NCBI GenBank assembly: GCA_964016885.1
Contig: OZ024741.1
Span: forward strand, 41,044,001-41,108,000
Source of the DNA: Eledone cirrhosa
Taxonomy: Eukaryota
Length of the DNA stretch: 64,000 bases
Direction: 5' to 3'
Under the pieces are notes generated by a model that saw nothing but the letters and a program-made list of their open reading frames with translations, made no database searches and had not been told where the DNA came from. This document shows, one piece after another, positions 27,492 through 38,526 of the stretch (position 1 is its first letter; every line of letters starts with the position of its first letter). The position numbers were made by a program, and so were the translations under genes.

Positions 27492-27981
27492 AATCCTGGC
27501 ACCTAATCACCCAACAATCACCAAACATATCCATCATATGTCTATAACAGCATTATATTCTAGCTGCTCTTATGCTGAATTTTTCTCTTAGCTCATCCAT
27601 GCTTCATCATTCATGCACATTAACATTACACATCCAACAATCTAGAGGGAGTGTTTGAGGACTCTGCTCCCATGACCCTCTCAGGAATAGGTGGAAGAAG
27701 AAGAGAAGAAGAACAATGTATTTTCTTTCTATGATATAACATAGAAAGAAAATAGATTGTTCTTCTTCTCTTCTTCTTCCACCTATTCCTGAGAGGGTCA
27801 TGGGAGCAGAGTCCTCAAACACTCCCTCTAGATTGTTGGATGTGTAATGTTAATGTGCATGAATGATGAAGCATGGATGAGCTAAGAGAAAAATTCAGCA
27901 TAAGAGCAGCTAGAATATAGTGCTGTTATAGACATATGATGGATATGTTTGGTGATTGTTGGGTGATTAGGTGCCAGGATT
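27492..27981. repeat. 490-bp near-perfect palindrome
   Basis: Arms of 245 bp centred at 27736/27737; about three mismatches seen by eye; essentially no spacer. Confidence 0.97.
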
Positions 27982-28155
27982 GAAAGGAAGCCATGAAAGG
28001 TAGTAAAAGCTAATCTCAGGAAGATTATTCACACAAAAGACATGGCAAAAGAAAGAAACAAATGGAGAGATTTTCTACTGGAGAGGACTCATTTAACCAA
28101 TGCAAACAAGGAAGAATGAATGTAAAAACATTGATGATAATGATAATGATAATGA
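27830..28155 (+). mobile_element. Old RTE 3' fragment with (GAT)n tail
   Basis: tggatgtgtaatgttaatgtgcatgaa...gagctaagagaaaaattc = WMCNVNVHE..ELREK, matching RTE C-termini in the window. Confidence 0.7.
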
Positions 28156-28501
28156 TGATGATGGTGATGATGACATACAATGAAGATATCATATCAAGAA
28201 CTTTCTGAGATTTCTATTCTCTACTTTCTATTTATTTATTTATTTATTTTTATTCCCCACCCCCTCCTCTAATTACATCTTTGCTTTCTGTGTAAACTAA
28301 TACAGATGAGACCTGGTGGTGACTGGTGTCAATAAATTTTAGCTGGACAATTCGATTCGTAATGCACAGCTCGGAAGACACATATATATATATTATATTA
28401 CTTCGAAATTGCAGAATTACAAAAGAAAATTGCTTTTCTCCTTAACTGAGCAATCAAGTAATTATTGCTACATCATAAGATGAGATACATATATATATAT
28501 A

Positions 28502-28847
28502 TCACCCCGTCCCACCACCCCCACCCCATCCACACCACCCCCTTCTATGTAAAGTTATGTTGGTGCCACACCATCCAGGCCGAAACAAATGAGATCGTGT
28601 AGGTGTCACGACAAAAAAACACACAGTCCACGCTGTAATGTGGCCGTGTAGGCAACACAGTAAAAACCTCCCAGACCCACACTGTAAATGTGGTTGGTGT
28701 TAGGAAGGGCATCCAACTGTAGAAAACCTGCCAGACAGTCCTATGCGAGCAAGACAATCACTCTTGCCTCAAGTGGGAATACCCCCGTCCAAACCCATGC
28801 AAGCGTGGAACACGGACGTTAAACGTTGATGATGATGATGATGATGA

Positions 28848-28851
<4 letters not shown>
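28502..28851 (+). mobile_element. RTE subfamily B 3' UTR with (GAT)n tail
   Basis: Reverse complement of 50875-51170. Confidence 0.85.
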
Positions 28852-28884
<33 letters not shown>

Positions 28885-28935
28885 TATATAGATAAATATA
28901 TAAATATATAAATATATATATATAAATATATATAA

Positions 28936-28998
<63 letters not shown>

Positions 28999-29014
28999 TA
29001 TATATAAATATACT

Positions 29015-29317
29015 GAAGATGAAAAACTCAGAGCTGTACGGGAGCCTCCCAAAAGTCAGCTCAAAAGTGGCACAGAGGAAAGTGAGGTTAGCTGGACATG
29101 CTCACCGACATCCAGAGTTGAGATTGCACTCAGTGCTCCTTTGGGAGTCCCTACATGGACACACTGGAAGAGGAAGACCAAGGTTAATGTATGTTGGTGC
29201 CCTAAGGACAGACACTGTTGGAGACGCAGGACATGGCAAGGATAATGAGGGACAGAGACCGCTGGAGAGAACTCGTCCATGGATCTCGGGACTTTTACCC
29301 GCCCTAGATAGATAGAT
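29015..29317 (+). mobile_element. LINE (RTE-like) 3' fragment with (TAGA)n tail
   Basis: [14 protein letters not shown]...LLWESLHGHTGRGRP motif. Confidence 0.75.
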
Positions 29318-29401
29318 AAATATATATATATATAAGTATATATATATATATGTGTATATATATAACATAAACACAGAGCTGGCATATCTAAGAACTGACT
29401 A

Positions 29402-29457
29402 ACTGCCTGATGAGGTCATAGCCATTCAATGGCTATCATTGAAATATATATAGCAGT
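29402..29457 (+). ncRNA. Type I hammerhead ribozyme motif in non-coding insert 29365-29505
   Basis: ACUGC-CUGAUGA-GGUCAUAGCCAU(UCA)AUGGCUAUCAUU-GAAA-UAUAUA-UA-GCAGU; palindromic stem III. Confidence 0.85.
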
Positions 29458-29550
29458 AAATAAAGGATTATGAGTTCATGCAATTGACTTATGTTTCGTC
29501 ACTATATAAATATATAACTATATATAACTATATAACTATATAAATATATG

Positions 29551-29646
<96 letters not shown>

Positions 29647-29651
29647 TATAT

Positions 29652-30044
29652 ATCATCATCATCATCATCATCATTTTACGTCCGCTTTTCCCTGCTTGCA
29701 AGGGTGGGACGGGAACTGATTCTGGCTTCATTTCTACAGCTGGATGCCCTTCCTAACACCAACCTCATTTACAGTGAGTGCTGGGTGGTTTTTTTCCATG
29801 GTGCCTACACGTCCACTTTACAGTGTGGGCTGGGTGCTTTTTTTGCCGTGGCACCTCCACGACCACTTTGCAGTGGAATGATAGGGACCCCAGTCCTATC
29901 ATCTCATTTCTACAGCTGAGTAAACTGGAGCAATGTGAAATGAAGTATCTTGCTCAAGGAAACAACACATCACCCGGTCTGAGAATTGAACTCACAACCT
30001 TTCGATTGCAAGCCCAATGCTCTAACCACTAAGCCATGTGCCTC
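29652..30044 (-). mobile_element. Full tRNA/CORE-like SINE with RTE-derived 3' half
   Basis: Head ggcacatggcttagtggttagagc...gagttcaattctc; tail matches the RTE 3' ends; (GAT)n. Confidence 0.85.
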
Positions 30045-30049
30045 CATAT

Positions 30050-32398
30050 ATCATCATCACCGTTTTACGTCCGTTCTTCCACGCTAGCATGGGTTAGACG
30101 GGTTGTCCTGTTGTGGGCAGTGTCTGGTCGGCTGACCATGCCTTGCTCATACAGGAACTGATCTGGCTTGATTTCTAAAGCTGGATGCCCTTCCTAACAC
30201 CAACCTCATTTACAGTGAGTGCTGGTTGCTTTTTCGTGGCGCCTACACGTCCACTTTACAGTGTGGGCTGGGTGCTTTTTTGCCGTTGCACCTCCACGAC
30301 CACCTTGCGGTGGGGGGGGGGGGGCATATTGTTTATATGCTTCAGCATGTACCCATGGGAGGTCGGGTACCCTGTATTACTGCGTGACGCCAGAAGTCAC
30401 GGTCGTGTGTCATTGACTTTGAGAGGTGTAGTTGGGTAAGGTCGGCTTTTATCACCTCATCCCAAGTCATCTTGGGTCTCCCCACTCCGCGGTTTCCATC
30501 AACTTCTAGTGCTCTGCACCTTTTTATGCAGCTGTCATCCTTCATACGCATCACATGTCCATACCAGTGTAACCGCCTCTCCTGCACGCAGCATTTGATT
30601 CCTCTTATGCTCAGTCTCTCTCTCAATTCATTTATGCTTTGTCGTTCACGTATATTACTGTTACACATCCATCGGAGCATGCAGGCTTCGTTTCTCTCTA
30701 ATCTACGTAAGTCTTCCACCTTCAGCGCCCAGGTCTCACTACCATGCAACATCGCTGTTCGGATACACGCATCATACAGTCTGCCTTTCATTCTGAGGGA
30801 GAAGCCTTTTGCAGCTAGCAGTGGTAGTAGTTCCCTAAACTTCTTCCATCCCGTTCTTACCCTAGTTATTGTACTTTCTGAGCACCCACCTCCGTTGCTA
30901 ATTCGGTCACCTAGGTAGCAGAAGCTGTCTACTGTTTCTACAGGGCCCTCCCAGAGATTGGTGGTACTTGTTTCCTGTGGCTGTTTGCTTGCTGTTTCAG
31001 CACAGCTGCTGCATGTGAATCCTACATTCTTAATTAAGCTTCCTGAGATCCCGCTACATCTCTTGTGTACCCATTGTTTGCATTTGGGGCAGAGAATGGA
31101 GTTCCTACCTACACCTTTCCTACATACTGAGCAAGGCCATTTCCCTGAGGGGATCTGGGTTCTGTTTTCTCGTCTACTTATAAGGACCTTAGTCTTTGTC
31201 ATGTTGACTTTGAGGCCCTTTCTCTCTAGTCCCTGCTTCCAGGTTTGGAATTTATTCTCTAGTTCTACCATAGATTCAGCTATGAGTGCGAGGTCATCAG
31301 CATACAGGAGTTCCCATGGGCATCCGGTCTTAAACTCCTCCGTTATTGCCTGCAGGACTATGATGAACAGGAGAGGGCTAAGAACAGAGCCCTGGTGGAC
31401 CCCAACCTGTACGCTAAATTCCTCGCTATACTCATTGCCAATCCTAACTTTGCTGACTGCTCCCCTATACATGGCTTGTACCGCTTTCACAAGCCATTCA
31501 TCTACTCCTAGTTTTCTAAGAGCCCACCAGATTACTGCACGTGGAACTCTGTCAAAGGCTTTCTCAAGGTCGACAAATGCCAAGTAGAGTGGCTTACTTT
31601 TAGCTAGGTACTTTTCCTGTAATTGCCTCACAAGGAAGAGGGCATCAGTGGTGCCTTTCCCTGGTACAAACCCAAATTGCATCTCGTCTATATTCACCCG
31701 GTCCCTAATCAGCTGTGCTATAACTCTTTCTGTTACTTTCATGACCTGGTCCATCAACTTTATACCTCTATAGTTTCCTCTATCTAGTGCATCGCCTTTA
31801 CCTTTGTAGCAGTTGACAATGATGCTACTGCACCAATCTTTTGGTATGGCCCCCTCTAGTATTACCTGGTTAACGATACGTGTGGTTATAGTGTGACCTA
31901 CAGACCCAGATGCCTTCAGCATCTCGGCAGCTATACCCGATGGACCGGTTGCCTTCCCTATCTTCATATCTCTGATTGCCTTACTTACTACGCTGCCACT
32001 GACTTGTACTGCTGGTCCCTCTATAGGGTCTACGTGGGGTAGGGTCTCTTCTTCCCATGCATTCTCCTCATTTAGTAATCTATCATAATGACTCTTCCAT
32101 GCATCTTTCTTCTCAGCACTTGTGAGGGCAAGCTCACCTTTATCATTCCGGATACACTTCTCTCCAATGACATCACAACTATCTCTGACACACTGCCTCG
32201 CAATCTTGAATACCTCCTGTTTCTGGTCCTCACGTTGTAAAACATGCTTGAATTTTCTATCCTCTGCTTCCCTCCTAGCTAAGTATATTTGTGGCCTAGC
32301 TTCCCTCTTGGTCTCTATGTAATGTACCCTGCTCCCCCCGTTCTTCCATTCTTTCCATGCCTGTGTCTTGGCCTTGACTGCTTCATCTACCTTATTGT
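30050..32398 (-). mobile_element. RTE subfamily A, 5'-truncated young copy (ORF 30342..31967)
   Basis: FVDLEKAFD, GVHQGSVLSPLLF, YADD. Nearly identical to 54141-56500. Confidence 0.97.
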
Positions 32399-32434
32399 TT
32401 ATATATATATATATAAATATATATATATATAAAT

Positions 32435-32469
<35 letters not shown>

Positions 32470-32779
32470 AATAAGTTGAAAAAAATGAAAACGAAATTTC
32501 ATTTCTCACTCTTAGTATGGCACTTACTTAAATGTAAGTATGTATTTATACGTACATACATATATGTATACAGACGTACAGTAGCGTGCATATATATATA
32601 TATATATATACACATATGCATACAGGTACACATACATATATGCACGCATCAGTTTAGCCGACGTTTATTATAATGCCGGCCGCTTTGTTCGTTTGTTTGT
32701 CAACAAACCGAACAGCCTGAATTTATGCCATACGGTGTTAAGGCAACCACGTCACCTTTTTGTTCAACACTGACACAGG

Positions 32780-32824
32780 AACGATGTACTAGTTTCAAGC
32801 TTGTTAGCTATCATCAGCACCGTT
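32780..32824 (-). ncRNA. Minimal type I hammerhead ribozyme
   Basis: Reverse complement of 33381-33425. Confidence 0.85.
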
Positions 32825-33058
32825 TACCCATCTGCCAGATAGTTGAACGTTCGAAAGTATATACTTTCCTTATGAAAATTAACGGCTGAGCAGCCTAATT
32901 TGCATATTGAGTGAGTTAAATCGGTCAGGCATACCGAAAACGATAAGTTGAAAAAACTGAAAATGAAATTTCATTTCTCACTCTTAGTATGGCACTTACT
33001 TAAATGTAAGTATGCATGTATACGTACATACATATATGTATACAGACGTACAGTAGCA

Positions 33059-33127
<69 letters not shown>

Positions 33128-33380
33128 GCATACAGGTACACATACATATATGCACGCATCAGTTTAGCCGACGTTTATTATAACGCCGGCCGCTTTGTTC
33201 GTTTGTTTGTCAACATACTAAGAGTGAGAAATGAAATTTCGTTTTCATTTTTTTCAACTTATCGTTTTCGGTATGCCTGACCGATTTAACTCACTCAATA
33301 TGCAAATTAGGCTGCTCAGCCGTTAATTTTCATAAGGAAAGTATATACTTTCGAACGTTCAACTATCTGGCAGATGGGTA

Positions 33381-33425
33381 AACGGTGCTGATGATAGCTA
33401 ACAAGCTTGAAACTAGTACATCGTT
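33381..33425 (+). ncRNA. Minimal type I hammerhead ribozyme
   Basis: AACGGUG-CUGAUGA-UAGCU(AACA)AGCUU-GAAA-CUAG-UA-CAUCGUU; 7-bp stem I, palindromic ACUAGU stem III, GUA site. Confidence 0.85.
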
Positions 33426-33600
33426 CCTGTGTCAATGTTGAACAAAAAGGTGACATGGTTGCCTTAACACTGTATGGCATAAATTCAGGCTGTTCGGTTT
33501 GTTGATAAACAAACGAACAAAGCGGCCGGCGTTATAATAAACGTCGGCTAAACTGATGCGTGCATATATGTATGTGTACCTGTATGCATATGTGTATATA

Positions 33601-33676
<76 letters not shown>

Positions 33677-33755
33677 TGCTACTGTACGTCTGTATACATA
33701 TATGTATGTACGTATACATACATACTTATATATAAATATATATATATATATAAAT

Positions 33756-35205
33756 ATTTCTCTTTTACTCTTTTACCTGTTCCAGCCATCCGGCCGAGGC
33801 CATGCTGGGGCACCGCCTTTGTTGCTACACATTTCATCTCCAGCCTGTATTGGTTGGCCACTGGTGTAAGAGGGAGTTTGTTGCTGCTGCCCTTAGGTTT
33901 CCCTCATGCCTTGCTGTGGGCTCATCTGGGATCCTGAATAGCAAGGTGTTGAGATGTTTCTTGAAGACATCCACCTCCACACCATGCAGATCTCTCAGAT
34001 CCCTCGGCAGTTTGTTGAAGAGTTGAGGGCCCTTGAATCCCAGGCTATTGCAATATCTGCTCCTTATTCTAAATGTGGAAGACGGGACCTTTGGCGCCAC
34101 ACAGTGATGTCCTGTTCGATGGTTGGTCCAGCCCCCTATGCCAAAGTTTGGTGCTAGTCCCTCCAGGATTTTCCACATGTAGATCACTGTGTATCTCTCC
34201 TGTCTTCGTTCCAAAGAGAAGAGGTTCAGTTCTTTTAGCCTCTCCCAGTAGCTTATCTCCTTCATCGTGGCAATCTTCCTGGTGTAGCTTCGCTGGATTG
34301 CCTCAAGCTCCATGGTTAGTTTGACACTATGGGGTGACCACAACTGGGAGCAATAGTCCAGGTGGCTTAGGACAAATGTCCTCCATAGTGTCAACATGGT
34401 GTCTCGGTCTATTGTCCAGAAAGTCCTGAAGATCCAGCCAGCGAGTCGTCTGCACATTGTCGCCACTTTCATAATGTGTGGGGAAAAAGATGCATCATCG
34501 CTCATGTCTATACCTAGATCTCGTATTGATTTTGACATGGGGATATCGGTCCCTCCTGGTCCTGCGTAACTGTGTTGTACTGTATTTGTGTTTGCAAGTT
34601 TGTATTGTAGGGCTTGGAATTTGCCAGCATTAAACTGCATGTTGTTTTCTTCTGCCCATTTGTATATGGCATCCAGATCTTGTTGTAAAAGGGCAGTGTC
34701 AGCCGGGGTTTTGATTGCCTGTGCTACCTTAGTGTCATCAGCATAGCTAGTGAGGGATGTTATTGTATGTACTACAGAGGGCATGTCTGAGAGAGCCACC
34801 AAAAACAGTAGTGGTCCCAGGACTGTCCCTTGGGGCACCCCACTTGTTATTGATGTTTCCTTTGAGAAGGCCCCGTTTGCTGCAACTGTCTGGCTTCTCT
34901 CCTTTAAGAAGTCGTGCAGCCACTCACCTACTTTTCCAGTTATGCCGAGTCTGTGTAGTTTGTGACATATCATTCCGTGGTCGACCTTGTCAAAGGCCTT
35001 CGCAAAATCAAGATATATCACGTCCACATGTGAGCTGTCTAGCAGTTGTTTCAGTAACCAGTCGTAGTGATGTAGCAGCTGTGTAAGGCAGCTTCTTCCT
35101 GGGCGGAAGCCATGCTGGGTGCTAGTCAGGCGGCATTTTTTTCAGGGAAAGTCATCAGTTTCTTTCTGACGACTCGCTCCATGACTTTACTGATATGTCA
35201 TGTCA
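33756..35205 (-). mobile_element. CR1-group LINE, 5'-truncated (RT ORF 33834..35027)
   Basis: DVIYLDFAKAFDKVDH, SGVPQGTVLGPLLF, YADDTK, LDYCSQLWSP, LFSLERR; (GTAAAAGA)n tail. Confidence 0.93.
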
Positions 35206-35222
35206 TATATATATATAAATAT

Positions 35223-35297
<75 letters not shown>

Positions 35298-35298
<1 letters not shown>

Positions 35299-35925
35299 CA
35301 TCATCATCATCATCATCATCATCATTTAACGTCCATATTCCACGCTTGCATGGGTTTGGACGGGAGTTCTCCCACTTGAGGCAAGAGTGGTTGTCTTGCT
35401 CGCATAGGACTGTCTGGCGGGTTTTCTACGGCTGGATGCCCTTCCTAACACCAACCACATTTACAGTGTGGAACTGGTAGGTTTTTACCGTGTTACCTAC
35501 ATGGCCACATTACAGCGTGGACTGTGTGTTTTTTTGTTGTGACACCTACACGACCTCATTTGTTTCGGGCTGGATGTTGTGGTACCAACATAACTTTACA
35601 TTGAAAGGGGTGGTGTGGATGGGGTGGGGGTAGTGGGACGGGGTGTATTTTGTTAGAGGTGCCTACTGACTGTAGTAGGTTTCACTTTGTACTTAGGTAA
35701 GGCGGGTCTTCTCTATTACTGTGTAGCGCCAAAGATCTCGGTCCAGTGACATTGTCTTGGAGAGGTGTAAGTGTGTGAGGTCGGAATTTATCAAGCCGTC
35801 CCAGGTTTTTCTGGGGCTGCCTACTCCGTGGCTACCGTCTATTTTTATTGCCCTGCACTTTTTTATACAGCTGTCGTCTTTCATGCGCATCACGTGACCA
35901 TACCAACGTAGTCTTCTCTCGAGTA
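35298..35925 (-). mobile_element. RTE subfamily B 3' fragment
   Basis: MKDDSCIKKCRAIKIDGSHGVGSPRKTWD; parallels 50875-51460. Confidence 0.9.
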
Positions 35926-36096
35926 AATATATATATATATATATATTTAGATTTTGATTTATGTTGGTTGTATACCAACCCCTCAGTATGCAGGCTGGAG
36001 CACTCGACGAAGTGCGCAGGTTGGTTTGGTTACTCCGGAGCAGTGTAAAATAAAGTTAAATAAAAGTCAAATGATTAAAATTTAGCTTCGTTTATT

Positions 36097-36151
36097 ACTG
36101 CTATATATATTTCAGTGACAGCCATCTTTGGCTGTGACCTCTTCAGGCATT
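36097..36151 (-). ncRNA. Type I hammerhead ribozyme motif
   Basis: Reverse complement: AAUGC-CUGAAGA-GGUCACAGCCA(AAGA)UGGCUGUCACU-GAAA-UAUAUA-UA-GCAGU. Confidence 0.8.
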
Positions 36152-36347
36152 TTGAATTAGTATGGTATAGACAAGTACATATGTTGTTTAGGTGTATAAT
36201 ATTGTCAATACTCTGATATGCCCAGTTCCTTGTTGGGTTGTTAATTCACTGAGGAACTGGAGTAATATGACTCCAGTTCCTCAGTGAATATTGACAATAT
36301 TATACACCTAAACAACATATGTACTTGTCTATACCATACTAATTCAA

Positions 36348-36402
36348 ACTGCCCGAAGAGGTCACAGCCAAAGATGGCTGTCACTGAAATATATATAGCA
36401 GT
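36348..36402 (+). ncRNA. Type I hammerhead motif with U4>C core variant
   Basis: ACUGC-CCGAAGA-stem II-GAAA-UAUAUA-UA-GCAGU. Confidence 0.7.
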
Positions 36403-36464
36403 AATAAACGAAGCTAAATTTTAATCATTTGACTTTTATTTAACTTTATTTTATATATATATTT

Positions 36465-36517
<53 letters not shown>

Positions 36518-36550
36518 AATATAAATATATATATAAATATAAATATATAA

Positions 36551-36673
<123 letters not shown>

Positions 36674-36698
36674 TAAATATATATATAAATATAAATAT

Positions 36699-36745
<47 letters not shown>

Positions 36746-36759
36746 TATAAATATATATA

Positions 36760-37558
36760 CAGAAGGACAATGTAGAAACAAAAATATAGTGTACATAGGT
36801 GAGACAGCTCGTAGTATAGGGGAACGAATAAATGAACACTGGCGAGACCTCCAAGATAATAAAGAATCATCTGTGCTCTACCAACATGCTAGGATAGAAC
36901 ACAGGGGTAGACTAGAGAACATAGAAATAAAAATAGAATCCACACACAGAAAAGACGCAATGTTTAGACAAATTACAGAGGCAGTAAGCATAAAAGAATT
37001 AAAACCAAAATTAAATAGAAAATATGAGTGGAACAGCAACATCACAACTTACAATTACGGACAAAATGAAAACACACACAGGACAAAATGAAAACACACA
37101 CACACATAGAACAAACAACCTACAATTAAGGACAAAATGAAAACACACACAGGACAAAATGAAAACACACACACACACATAGAACAAACAACCAACCAAC
37201 AATAAATAAATAAATAAATAAACAAATAGATAAATGCACACAAACACACACAGACATCCGGATGTGGCGCATGCGCAAACTGAGCACACAACACACACAC
37301 AGAAACAAAATGGCGTAGGAAAGGAAAGGCACAGAAACAAAGGAAAGGAATCCCCAGTCACTGAAGAGGTCACAGAGTGTGTGACGAAAGGACTATGACT
37401 ATATATAAACAACTATCTGGTTGTGGAACCAACCAACCAACCAGAAATTTATAAGTTTGTAAATTTGTAAATTTATAAATTTATAAATATATAATAAATT
37501 GAAGTGAAAGCAACTGGTGCGTGTGTTTCTTACTGGCAACATGACCCTCCCAAAATAT

Positions 37559-37563
<5 letters not shown>
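36760..37563 (+). mobile_element. Penelope-like element 3' end (GIY-YIG C-terminus + pLTR)
   Basis: [16 protein letters not shown]...SVLYQHA...RQITEAVSI...PKLNRKYEW; UTR layout parallels 4700-5481. Confidence 0.9.
37356..37400 (+). ncRNA. Minimal type I hammerhead ribozyme in PLE pLTR
   Basis: AGUCA-CUGAAGA-G-GUCACA(GAGUG)UGUGAC-GAAA-GGAC-UA-UGACU. Confidence 0.88.
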
Positions 37564-37629
<66 letters not shown>

Positions 37630-37722
37630 TATATATAAATATAAATATATATATAAATATATATATAAATATATATATATATATAAATGTATATATATAT
37701 ATAAATATATATATAAATGTAT

Positions 37723-37759
<37 letters not shown>

Positions 37760-37778
37760 AATATATATATATATAAAT

Positions 37779-37813
<35 letters not shown>

Positions 37814-37816
37814 AAT

Positions 37817-37889
<73 letters not shown>

Positions 37890-37892
<3 letters not shown>

Positions 37893-38512
37893 TCATCATC
37901 ATCATCATCAACGTTTAACGTCCGTGTTCCACGCTTGCATGGGTTTGGACGGGGGTAGTCCCACTTGAGGCAAGAGTGATTGTCTTGCTCGCATAGGACT
38001 GTCTGGCAGGTTTTCTACAGTTGGATGCCCTTCCTAACACCAACCACATTTACAGTGTGGGTCTGGGAGGTTTTTACCGTGTTGCCTACACGGCCACATT
38101 ACAGCGTGGACTGTGTTTTTTTTGTCGTGACACCTACACGATCTCATTTGTTATAAATATATATATATATAAATATATATAAACCTACTACAGTCAGTAG
38201 GCACCTCTAACAAAATACACCCCCGTCCCACTACCCTCACCCCATCGACACCACTCCTTTCAATGTAAAGTTATGTTGGTACAACAACATCCAGTCCGAA
38301 ACAAATGAGGCTGTAATGTGGCCGTGTAGGTAACACAGTAAAAACCTCCCAGTCCACACTGTAAACGTGGTTGGTGTTAGGAAGGGCATCCAGCCGTAGA
38401 AAACCCGCCAGACAGTCCTATGCGAGCAAGACAACCACTCTTGCCTCAAGTGGGAAAACTCCCGTCCAAACCCATGCAAGCGTGGAATATGGACGTTAAA
38501 CGATGATGATGA
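37890..38512. mobile_element. Two RTE-B 3' UTR fragments in opposite orientation separated by TA-rich sequence
   Basis: 37890-38151 (-) matches 50875-51128; 38181-38512 (+) is the reverse complement of 35320-35683. Confidence 0.85.
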
Positions 38513-38526
38513 TATATATATATATA

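Larger units (their letters stand above)
32471..33727. mobile_element. Non-coding 472-nt monomer in head-to-tail tandem (~1.6 copies) plus an inverted copy; retrozyme-like
   Basis: ataagttgaaaaaa.tgaaa at 32471 and 32943. 33215-33727 is the reverse complement and spans the monomer junction. One hammerhead per full monomer. Confidence 0.85.
35945..36452. mobile_element. Non-coding PLE-pLTR-like unit arranged as an inverted repeat
   Basis: 36046-36210 is the reverse complement of 36289-36452; inner hairpin at 36245-36288. Confidence 0.8.

Noticed and set aside
30050-32398. Segmental duplication with 54141-56500
   Set aside because: Identity stops at the element boundaries and the flanks differ, so independent insertions are more likely.
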